Below are positions 9,321 to 17,977 of a DNA stretch of 63,913 nt, piece by piece. Source of the stretch: an uncultured Smithella sp. (GTDB lineage Bacteria; Desulfobacterota; Syntrophia; Syntrophales; Smithellaceae); NCBI GenBank assembly GCA_964480875.1, contig CAYZRT010000004.1:1-63913 (forward strand), read 5' to 3'. Within the stretch, counting starts at the first letter, position 1. The number at the start of each line of letters is the position of its first letter. The translations under genes were made by a program, and so were the position numbers. The notes beneath the pieces were generated by a model that did not search any database, had not been told where the DNA came from, and worked only from the letters and a program-made list of their open reading frames with translations.

Positions 9321-10781
9321 TCAAAATAATTTGTTTTGAAAGAAGTTTCTGGCCAGGAGAAATGTAATCTTAAATAACGCTTTGATATACATTATCGCCT
9401 CGGGGAAAGTGCGTATATTAAACAAATGGCGAAGAATAAAGGATGGACGAAAATAAAAATCGCGGTAACTTTTCAAATAGTATTTTTTAACAGTTTTATC
9501 AGATATCGTATCTAATTTTAAAATAGGTTGGCCCAGGTTATAAAGGTCCCAGTGATAATGCAAAAGACCATTTTTGCTGAAGAATTCTTTATACATGGCT
9601 GTTCCCGGATAAGGCGTGGTAATATTGAAGACAGCAAATTTAAGTCCGGCGTTTTTGGCAAATTTTATTGTTTTATCCATGCTGGCTTCCGTTTCTCCCG
9701 GACTGCCAAGCATGAAAGCTCCACGAATGTCTATCTTTGCTTTTTTCGTCCATTCGATTGCGTTTCGGGATTGCATTAGGTTGGTATGCTTATTAATGTT
9801 TTTTAAAATGGTTTCATTTGCCGTCTCAAAACCGTACATGATTTGGTGGCAGCCTGCTTTTTTCATAAGAGCCAGCAATTCCGGGGTTACGGTATCCACC
9901 CTCGCAAAACATGACCAACTGATTTTAATTCTCGTTTCCAATATCAACTGACACAATCCGGAGACGTTTTTTTTATTGGCCGTAAACGTGTCATCATAAA
10001 AGGATATCTCTCTAATATTGTATTTTTTTTGTAAAAGCTCAATATGTTGAACGATTCTTTCCGGAGAAGTGAATCTGATTGCAGAACCAAACATTCCCGA
10101 AAAACAGAAAGCGCACTTTCCGGGACATCCCCGGGATGTTACCATTCCAATGGATGGATTTTGTCTTGCCGCACCTAAGGCAGAATGATACAAGTGCATG
10201 GGTAGTTTTTCGTAAGCGGGGAACGGCAACGACTCTAGGTCCACATATTCTAAAGCATCAGGATTTATAATGACGTCATGTTGCTGATTTCGCCAGGTCA
10301 AATTGGGGATAAGATGCAACGGCGTTCCTTTGGCCAACTCAGTGATAAAGGCTTCGCCTTCGTTCCGCACAGCCATATCGCAAATTTTATCCCGCACAAG
10401 ATCTTCATGGAAAACCGTTGGGTGAACCCCTCCCATGATGATTTTGATATCTGGAAATATTTTACGTATGCCACGGGCGATTGAAGCGGCGCTGGAAATT
10501 TCCGGCGTCGTCGCGGTAAGTCCGATATAATCCGTGACGGGATTTATTCTTTCAATAATTTCCTGAACACTGAGTTTTAAAGCAGCCGCATCAATGATTT
10601 GCGATGTCTGTCCCTGCTTATCCCAGATTGCGGCCAGCAGCGCCAATCCCAGCGGAGGAATGTCGGAATTAATCACACTCCATATGTTATTATGGTTTAT
10701 TTTTCTTGGCGGATTAATGAAGGCAATATTCATAAATAATTGATTATAATTTATAGTATTTTTGTTATTTTTTTTGAACAA
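9321..10781 (-). CDS. Class-B (cobalamin-binding domain) radical SAM enzyme
   Basis: IFPDIKIIMGGVHPT...MAVRNEGE, then TSRGCPGKCAFCFSG, then FMLGSPGETEASMDKT...TTPYPGTAMY. The start may be ATG 10733 (MNIAFINPP). Confidence 0.85.
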   Translation of the reverse strand: MFKKNNKNTINYNQLFMNIAFINPPRKINHNNIWSVINSDIPPLGLALLAAIWDKQGQTSQIIDAAALKLSVQEIIERINPVTDYIGLTATTPEISSAASIARGIRKIFPDIKIIMGGVHPTVFHEDLVRDKICDMAVRNEGEAFITELAKGTPLHLIPNLTWRNQQHDVIINPDALEYVDLESLPFPAYEKLPMHLYHSALGAARQNPSIGMVTSRGCPGKCAFCFSGMFGSAIRFTSPERIVQHIELLQKKYNIREISFYDDTFTANKKNVSGLCQLILETRIKISWSCFARVDTVTPELLALMKKAGCHQIMYGFETANETILKNINKHTNLMQSRNAIEWTKKAKIDIRGAFMLGSPGETEASMDKTIKFAKNAGLKFAVFNITTPYPGTAMYKEFFSKNGLLHYHWDLYNLGQPILKLDTISDKTVKKYYLKSYRDFYFRPSFILRHLFNIRTFPEAIMYIKALFKITFLLARNFFQNKLF

Positions 10782-11445
10782 TAAGAATCAGAGATTGTCC
10801 CACGGGAGGTCTGATGATTTTTTCTGCAAGGCATAAAAAAGGAACAATTTTGTCGAATAATATTGTCTGTTTTACCGGTAGTTCTTTCTTTTTGAATATT
10901 CGTCCATTGACAAACCAGCCCAATAAACCGAGGAAATTCATATAAAAAAAATCAACTATTTTTAAATTTTTATCGTTGATCAGCAGCTTTAAATCTTTTT
11001 TATTATATCGATGTAAATGATTGAAAGAAACATCCATTGAACCATAAAGTGTTTTTAAAGCAGGCACAAGAATGATTAACTTTCCTTCTCTGTCCAGGAT
11101 AGAGATCATATTATCAATGGCTTTATAGTCTTTTTCTAAATGTTCAAGGATGTTAAGACAGAGTATCGTATCGAATTTTTTATCGGCAATGGAAGATAAT
11201 GTGATGTTTTGAATATCGATATTGAAAACATCAAAATTTAACTTGTCACGAAATGAATATTTGGCATTTAAATAATCTATATAATCCTGATTTATATCAA
11301 TAAGCGTTAAATTATTTTTGAATATAATGAAATCGGTAATATTGCCTATCCCGGCGCCCACTTCCAAAATATTATTGCCAATATGATTATGAATATTATC
11401 GTATATCCAATAATTATAATTAAAGCGTTCGGATAATAACAGCAA
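10765..11445 (-). CDS. Class I SAM-dependent methyltransferase
   Basis: Motif I is ILEVGAGIGNITDF, followed by FDTILCLNILEHL and GKLIILVP. The 3' end overlaps the ORF of the downstream radical SAM gene. Confidence 0.8.
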   Translation of the reverse strand: MLLLSERFNYNYWIYDNIHNHIGNNILEVGAGIGNITDFIIFKNNLTLIDINQDYIDYLNAKYSFRDKLNFDVFNIDIQNITLSSIADKKFDTILCLNILEHLEKDYKAIDNMISILDREGKLIILVPALKTLYGSMDVSFNHLHRYNKKDLKLLINDKNLKIVDFFYMNFLGLLGWFVNGRIFKKKELPVKQTILFDKIVPFLCLAEKIIRPPVGQSLILIVQKK

Positions 11446-11773
11446 AGATTGTTTTATTTTATCAGCGCCGGTGTTTATGCTTTCTATTTTATAAATCCTC
11501 CAACTGGTAACATTTGGCGTGTATTATACTCGTCGCAGGATGATTTGCAAAATATTTATGAAAAAAATGTTGCAATAGTTGTTAAAAAACTAAATAATCG
11601 CTCAAACAAATTTTAAATGCAAAATACCACCAGAGGACTTTTGTCGAGCTCAACACAGATGATCCTTAAATTATGATTTGCCAGACGCATTTTTTTAATT
11701 GTTGTTAATTTATTATTATCGAAGGAATTCTAAGATTAATACCTTAAGATTTTAAAATGATTTAAATTTATTT

Positions 11774-13408
11774 ATGGATTTGCCGGAATTGTCATCAAAA
11801 GAATCCCCCTGCGCTGGATATAGACAGCGCGCTTATTGCTTCTTCAACCGATTAAATATCTTTGATCTATTGGTAATCATTATCTGCATAGCAAGTTTTG
11901 GATTCAGTTTAATTGAGTCGATGGTTAACGCGGATAATCAGCATTGGGGCGGCGTTTATTTACAGGCCCTGGATATTAAAAGAGGAGCAATGCCGCATTC
12001 CGAAGTAATGATTTTCCATGGATATATTCACGCGTTGATTCAAAGCGCTGCGTTAATATTATTTGGCGAAAGATTAATAAGCGTGGGAATAATCACGGGG
12101 CTATTTTATTCTTTTACGTTATTTCTTTCGTATTGTATTTTTTCCAGATTTATGAAAAAGAGTCTTGCCTTTATTGCCGTATTGTTAATCTTTTTAATTC
12201 ATCCTTACATTATTTATCCTTATCCTAATTATTTTGCCTATCCTTTTCAACTGCTGGCGCTTATTTTTTTTCTGCGATATCCGGAACAACATTTAAATGG
12301 TTTGCTGGCCGGATTTTTCCTGGGCTTGTCGGTACTTGCGCGGTATTCTTCGGTTATAGCGGTTCTTCCGCCCTTTATAAGTCTTCTTCTATGGGATTTC
12401 TTTGCCATGAAAGAAGAGAGAAAAAACGCCATTAATAAAATCGTTACAGTAGCCTGCGGTTTTCTTGTTCTTTTGGCTTCTTTTTTTTTATATCTCTTCG
12501 TTAACTCCGCCCTGGATGATTTCTATAATCAGAATAAGATACTAATCACTATCCTGGGAAGAGTCAGTGACGCTGATACCTGGCTTAATTTTTTAGCCTC
12601 TGTGTTTCAAGTTGTCCCGAGTTACGCTTCCGATTTACGTGGTAAGCTCTTTACTTTCATATTAATAGTCTGCCTGTTTATACCGGTTCGGGAAATCATC
12701 AGGAAAATATCAGGGGGTGTAACAAAGTCGGTATATGCCCGTTATGATGTAATAGCTGTGTGTCTTCTGGCTATTTTCGGGTATTTGAATTCGGTGCACG
12801 TTTATGAAACATTACGACTGATTAACGGCGCGTCTTTAGGCGTTGGAATATGCGTTCTGGTTTTCTATAATATTTTCAAGAATGCAGGAAAAAAAATAAA
12901 ATATGTAATGTTATTTTTGATTATTCTTTTATTTTTACTTTTATCATCCAGCCTCTTGTTCAGCAGAACCACGTCATCCTATTACCCGTGGAGCCTGAAT
13001 GTTTTATTGCGTGATGGAGTGACGAACAAAACTATCGGAATATTTAAAGGTAAAATTCTTACCAAAGAATACAATGATTTTTATCAGGAAGTATTTAATG
13101 TCATTGCGCCGTATAAAAATTGTTGTTACATACTTAATTATACGCAGGATGTAGTAGCTTTTTTGGTCAATGATTTGCCTCGCCTCCAAATATCGGGTGT
13201 GCACTTTCCCGGTATTGACGATCTTTCTAAACAGGAGAAATTAATTCATCAAAACAAGGCAGTGATACTTTCATTTATAAAATTGGATTTGCCTGGTTAC
13301 TCTTTAATATTTGCCAGGAGATGGCCGGAGGAAATACCGTGGATGGGTGGCGGGTATTTATTCATATATGCGCCAAAACTCCAAGCATGCGGTATTCAAT
13401 CCTTGTAA
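11774..13408 (+). CDS. Large polytopic membrane protein, GT-C-like (ArnT/PMT-type) candidate
   Basis: 544 aa. The first ~400 residues contain more than 10 hydrophobic segments by eye, followed by a soluble C-terminal domain. No catalytic motif could be verified by eye. Confidence 0.5.
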   Translation: MDLPELSSKESPCAGYRQRAYCFFNRLNIFDLLVIIICIASFGFSLIESMVNADNQHWGGVYLQALDIKRGAMPHSEVMIFHGYIHALIQSAALILFGERLISVGIITGLFYSFTLFLSYCIFSRFMKKSLAFIAVLLIFLIHPYIIYPYPNYFAYPFQLLALIFFLRYPEQHLNGLLAGFFLGLSVLARYSSVIAVLPPFISLLLWDFFAMKEERKNAINKIVTVACGFLVLLASFFLYLFVNSALDDFYNQNKILITILGRVSDADTWLNFLASVFQVVPSYASDLRGKLFTFILIVCLFIPVREIIRKISGGVTKSVYARYDVIAVCLLAIFGYLNSVHVYETLRLINGASLGVGICVLVFYNIFKNAGKKIKYVMLFLIILLFLLLSSSLLFSRTTSSYYPWSLNVLLRDGVTNKTIGIFKGKILTKEYNDFYQEVFNVIAPYKNCCYILNYTQDVVAFLVNDLPRLQISGVHFPGIDDLSKQEKLIHQNKAVILSFIKLDLPGYSLIFARRWPEEIPWMGGGYLFIYAPKLQACGIQSL

Positions 13409-13582
13409 ATGAATTCAATACATTGATCCTGTGAATTTCTATGAGGCATGAAAATGGTTTACGTCTAGATGTCGGAGATGCTTCTGATAAAGCAAAGGTT
13501 TTTTGAAATTGAATTTTTGCTAATAATGCAACCAAAAGAACTGATGAACATTGCGCCATTATGAAATTTTGTTAGTGATAGT

Positions 13583-15238
13583 ATGAAAAAAATCAATGTG
13601 CTTATATTAATCATATTGCCAGCAGTTCTTGTATTGACCGTTTCACTTTTAAAATATTCTCGTGGTTCGTATTGGTTGGTTCACAATTCTGATCCTGGAT
13701 ATATTTATTTATTAAACTCTCTTGCATTGGCTGAATCAAAAAAAGCGCCAACCACTGGTCATCCTGGCACAACCCTTCAAATAGCGGGGGCAGTTATAAT
13801 GAAAACTTTTTATGCTCTTGACTATTCTAAAAAGGAAAGTCTGAAAATCGAGGTTCTTAAGAATCCTGAATTCTATTTAAATATTATACACATTATTTTA
13901 ATAACTTGTAATGCTCTGCTGCTATTTATCATTGGCGTGATAACATTTAATTTAACAAAAAATATTTGGCTGAGTATTTTGTTGCAGTTTTCACCGTTCA
14001 TTTCCACGGTCATGCTGAATCTGGGTTTCGTATGGATTTCTCCCGAACCACTTCTGATTTTTTCCAGTCTGTTGTTTGTGTTGATTCTTGTAAAAATTGT
14101 ATTGAATAAAAATTATTCCGAATCAACTCACTGGTATATGATAGCCTTTGCGTTTATTTCCGGTTTTGGGATCGCTACGAAGATGACATTCCTTCCTTTA
14201 CTGATGATTCCTCTTTTTATTTTGCCTAAATTACGACACAGGATTGGTTTTATTTTTTTGGCCGGCTTAAGTTTTGTTTTATGGACATGGCCGATTATTC
14301 CGCAATATGATATTTTATTTAAGTGGTATTGGCGTATCCTTACGCATACAGGTTATTATGGCCTCGGTGAACAAGGCATAATTGATTCTGGGATTTTTTT
14401 TCGCAATATAAGTAATTTATTTTTAGGGAATCCTTTATTTTTTTTCGTCTGGTTTTTTGCTCTGAGTTTTATTCTCATTATTTTATTGTTGAGACATAAC
14501 AAATTCATTGAGAAAAAAGTCTTGGATAATACATCTTTTAAGGTATTAATTGCCTCGCTGTTTGTGCAATTGTGTGCCGTTTTGATTTTTTCTAAGTCGG
14601 GTTACGACTACTATTATTTGCCTGTGATGAACCTTTCTGCATTAATGATTTTTTTGATGATTGTTTATTTACAGGAGATTGAAGTCAAGTTTCTAAGTAG
14701 TACAGGAACTGTTATGATTATATGTATATTCTTGTTTTTCGGCAGTGTTTGGAGAGCGGCTGAAATCAAAGATGTATTTATAAAAAATCTGCAAAATAAG
14801 CGGGAAGGACAGGGGGTCTTTCAAGCGCTGGAGAATGATTATAAAAATTATTTTAAAATTTCTTGCTATCGTTGCTCATCTCCGATTTGTGCACTATCTT
14901 TCGGTAATTTCTTTATTAATAATGGCCTGTATTCCGAATCTCTTCAAGATATTTATGGGGAAGCATATTTTTATGATAGACGTGAAGGGAAATTTCATTC
15001 ATGGACTAAAGAGTTTACTGTTGAGGATATAATTATTCAAAGCCAGGGTAATAGAATATTAATTCATGCCCCCTTTTTTATTAAAGAACATGGCTTCATG
15101 CTGCCGACGAGGACGGGTTCAATTTTGCATCTAAAGGATGTCTTTGGGGGAGAATTTGAATCTATTTATATGCTCAAAGGAATTGCAATAGGTGCTGGAA
15201 AATTTCAGCCGTTTAGTTTGTCGCCTGAACCGAAATGA
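13583..15238 (+). CDS. Large polytopic membrane protein, GT-C-like (ArnT/PMT-type) candidate
   Basis: 551 aa. An early periplasmic-loop acidic motif (HNSDPGYIYLLNS) follows the first TM helix, then many TM segments and a soluble C-terminal domain. Confidence 0.55.
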   Translation: MKKINVLILIILPAVLVLTVSLLKYSRGSYWLVHNSDPGYIYLLNSLALAESKKAPTTGHPGTTLQIAGAVIMKTFYALDYSKKESLKIEVLKNPEFYLNIIHIILITCNALLLFIIGVITFNLTKNIWLSILLQFSPFISTVMLNLGFVWISPEPLLIFSSLLFVLILVKIVLNKNYSESTHWYMIAFAFISGFGIATKMTFLPLLMIPLFILPKLRHRIGFIFLAGLSFVLWTWPIIPQYDILFKWYWRILTHTGYYGLGEQGIIDSGIFFRNISNLFLGNPLFFFVWFFALSFILIILLLRHNKFIEKKVLDNTSFKVLIASLFVQLCAVLIFSKSGYDYYYLPVMNLSALMIFLMIVYLQEIEVKFLSSTGTVMIICIFLFFGSVWRAAEIKDVFIKNLQNKREGQGVFQALENDYKNYFKISCYRCSSPICALSFGNFFINNGLYSESLQDIYGEAYFYDRREGKFHSWTKEFTVEDIIIQSQGNRILIHAPFFIKEHGFMLPTRTGSILHLKDVFGGEFESIYMLKGIAIGAGKFQPFSLSPEPK

Positions 15239-15395
15239 GAAATAGTGCAAAACACTCTTTAATTTATGTTGTTATATTGTATTTAAATCATCGTAATAAA
15301 TATGATTCAATCTTATTTAAAATACATTATTTTGTTTTTCTTTTCATTATTTCCGATTTTTTGTTGAAACAACGGAGGAGAATCTTTTATTATTT

Positions 15396-16451
15396 ATGAA
15401 AACTGCAATGGAAATGGCGCAGGGACTTATCCGCGCCAAATATTTCTCAGCTCCGTTCTATGCACACTTTTATGTTACCGAACAATGTAATCTCCAATGT
15501 AAAATGTGTAATATCTGGAAAAGAAAATCAAAAGAGATGACCATAAAGGAAATAGAGCAGTGCGCGAAAATTCTTAAAGAGCTGAAGGCACAGAATATCG
15601 TGATAACCGGCGGAGAGCCTCTTCTTCGACCGGACATAGCGGATATCGTCATGTTATTGCATGATTATGGATTCTCCATAAGGCTTCAGACGAACGGGAC
15701 TCTCATCACAGAAAGAAAAATCAGAGCCTTAACCGAAGCCGGATTGCAAAACATTACCATTTCACTCGATACGCTTGATCATGAGAAATTTGACTGGATT
15801 TGCGGCTCAAAAGATATTCTGCAAAAAGTTGAAAAATCACTGGATATTGCTGCTGACTATATGAAAGGTTTTATTGTGGTAAACATTGCCGTTTCCAGAA
15901 TAAATATTTCCGAGCTGCCGGATATTGTCCGATTTGTGCATTCTAAAGGTGCGTATGCTTCCATTGTTCCTGTGCATTTGCAACCGGATAAAAGTAATCA
16001 GGGTTTTTGTTACGGCTATCATCAGGAAATGCTTTTTTCAAATGAAGCGCTGTCCGAAATAGAAAAAGTCTATGCGGAAATTATGAAAATGAAGAAAGAG
16101 TCATACAGAATCATCAATTCCAGAAAATTTTTAAAAGCCTCTCTCGATTATTTCCGCACAGGCGATTATTCATGGAATTGCAAAGCCGGAGAAAGATTTT
16201 TTGTTGTTTATCCCGATGGCGGCGTCGCCCCTTGTGATGTATTCCCTGCTTTGTTTAATATAAAATCGAACGGCTTGAAAAAATTCCGGAGCGCCGACTA
16301 TCAGGAAAGCGTCAGGCATCTGAGAGAAGGATGCAGCGGTTGTATGATAGGTTGTTGGAGGGAAACAAACCTGTTTATTGATGATTTTGTCACGAGGATG
16401 GAGCACATGCAGCTTTACTTTAGAAAAAAAACAGGTACGCATCATCAATAA
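15396..16451 (+). CDS. Radical SAM protein with a SPASM-type C-terminal Cys-rich domain
   Basis: YVTEQCNLQCKMCNIW (CxxxCxxC) and GGEPLLRPD are followed by the C-terminal block CKAGERFFVVYPDGGVAPCD...CSGCMIGC. There is no B12 domain. Confidence 0.8.
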   Translation: MKTAMEMAQGLIRAKYFSAPFYAHFYVTEQCNLQCKMCNIWKRKSKEMTIKEIEQCAKILKELKAQNIVITGGEPLLRPDIADIVMLLHDYGFSIRLQTNGTLITERKIRALTEAGLQNITISLDTLDHEKFDWICGSKDILQKVEKSLDIAADYMKGFIVVNIAVSRINISELPDIVRFVHSKGAYASIVPVHLQPDKSNQGFCYGYHQEMLFSNEALSEIEKVYAEIMKMKKESYRIINSRKFLKASLDYFRTGDYSWNCKAGERFFVVYPDGGVAPCDVFPALFNIKSNGLKKFRSADYQESVRHLREGCSGCMIGCWRETNLFIDDFVTRMEHMQLYFRKKTGTHHQ

Positions 16452-16459
16452 GGGAATTA

Positions 16460-17920
16460 TTGTTTAAGTCTGATCCGAAAGGATTTTGCATTCAGATGTC
16501 GAAAGTACTTTTAATCAAGCCAAGATTTTTAGGATTAGAGTTTCCATTAATAACGCAGCCGCTGGGGCTTATGTATATTGGTTCTATGCTGAAAAAAGCC
16601 GGGCATGAGCCTAAGATTCACGACGGTGCCCTGGATGATAAAGACCTTCATGTCCTTCGGCGTATTCTTAAAGAATGGCCACCGGACTTTATCGGCATCA
16701 GTATCATTATTACTGAGGTGGAGCAGACAAAAAGAATTATGGAGCTTATCAGGGCAATTTGCCCTGAAGTTCCCATCACGTTTGGTGGTCCCTGGCCGTC
16801 GGCCAATCCTGAAAAATCGATCAAGGAATTTGGTGCGGACTTTGTTGTTATGGGAGAGGGCGAGTTGGTATTTCCCGAGCTGATAGATGCAATGAACCAA
16901 AAATTCCCGACGGATTCGATTGCCGGGACAGCATCATTGTGTAATGGTCATGTAAAAATCAATCCGGGGCGGTTATTGACCGAAGATGAGTTGAATAATC
17001 TTCCGTTTCCCGCGTGGGAGCTGCTGGATCATAAATTGTATGCGAAAATGCATTCCAAACCCGCCGTGGGCTGCCGTCCTTACATGGCGATGATCACGTC
17101 GCGCGGCTGTCCGTACCGATGTTCTTATTGTTACCAGATCATGGGTAAAACCTTCAGAAAAAGGCCGGCACATTCGGTTCTTACGGAGATAGAGGAACTT
17201 TATTTTCAGTACGGATTCAAAGAATTCGAGATCATTGACGACTGTTTTAATCTTGATCGAGAAAGAATGATTGCCATCCTCACAGGAATCAGGAATAAAT
17301 TTAATGATGTCAAACTGCACTTTCCTAACGGATTGAGAGCGGACCTGCTTGAGCCGCAGGATATGGCTCTTTTTAAACAGGCGGGAACCGTATCTGCCGC
17401 ATTTGCCATAGAAACAGCCAGTCCCCGGCTGCAGAAGATGATTCACAAAGATCTGAATATAGAGAAGGCTGATCTAACGATGAAAGCTTCCGCTCAGGCA
17501 GGAATTTATTCGACCGGCTTTTTCATGCTCGGATTTCCGACAGAAACCTATGAAGAAGCATCTTCCACCGTACAATGTGCCGTCCATTCGTCCCTGCATC
17601 GGGCAATCTTTCTGCGCGTCATACCGTTTCCCGGGACTGAACTGGCGGACATGGCCGCGGATATTCTTGAAAATAAGCAGGAGATCGTTGCTCCACATTA
17701 TATGAATTATTATAATAATTCATATAATGTTTCCGCAATGTCGGATAAGGAACTGCGCAATATCTTTCAACGCGCTTACAGGGCCTTCTATTTTAATCCC
17801 AAGAGAATATTGAGCATTGCGATTCATCATCCGAAATTTATGGCGCTTCCCTACTATGCTTTTTTGACGATGATCAGGGCTCTGCCGAGGATGGGCCATC
17901 ACGCCTTGGTCAGACATTGA
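16460..17920 (+). CDS. Class-B (cobalamin-binding domain) radical SAM enzyme
   Basis: VPITFGGPWPS...VVMGEGE, then TSRGCPYRCSYCYQ, then FMLGFPTETYEEA...IPFPGTELA. The likely start is ATG 16496 (MSKVLLIKP). Confidence 0.85.
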   Translation: MFKSDPKGFCIQMSKVLLIKPRFLGLEFPLITQPLGLMYIGSMLKKAGHEPKIHDGALDDKDLHVLRRILKEWPPDFIGISIIITEVEQTKRIMELIRAICPEVPITFGGPWPSANPEKSIKEFGADFVVMGEGELVFPELIDAMNQKFPTDSIAGTASLCNGHVKINPGRLLTEDELNNLPFPAWELLDHKLYAKMHSKPAVGCRPYMAMITSRGCPYRCSYCYQIMGKTFRKRPAHSVLTEIEELYFQYGFKEFEIIDDCFNLDRERMIAILTGIRNKFNDVKLHFPNGLRADLLEPQDMALFKQAGTVSAAFAIETASPRLQKMIHKDLNIEKADLTMKASAQAGIYSTGFFMLGFPTETYEEASSTVQCAVHSSLHRAIFLRVIPFPGTELADMAADILENKQEIVAPHYMNYYNNSYNVSAMSDKELRNIFQRAYRAFYFNPKRILSIAIHHPKFMALPYYAFLTMIRALPRMGHHALVRH

Positions 17921-17977
17921 CAATGAATCATAATAAAAAAGATTAATATAAGAATTTATGACCTGTATTTCATTGAC

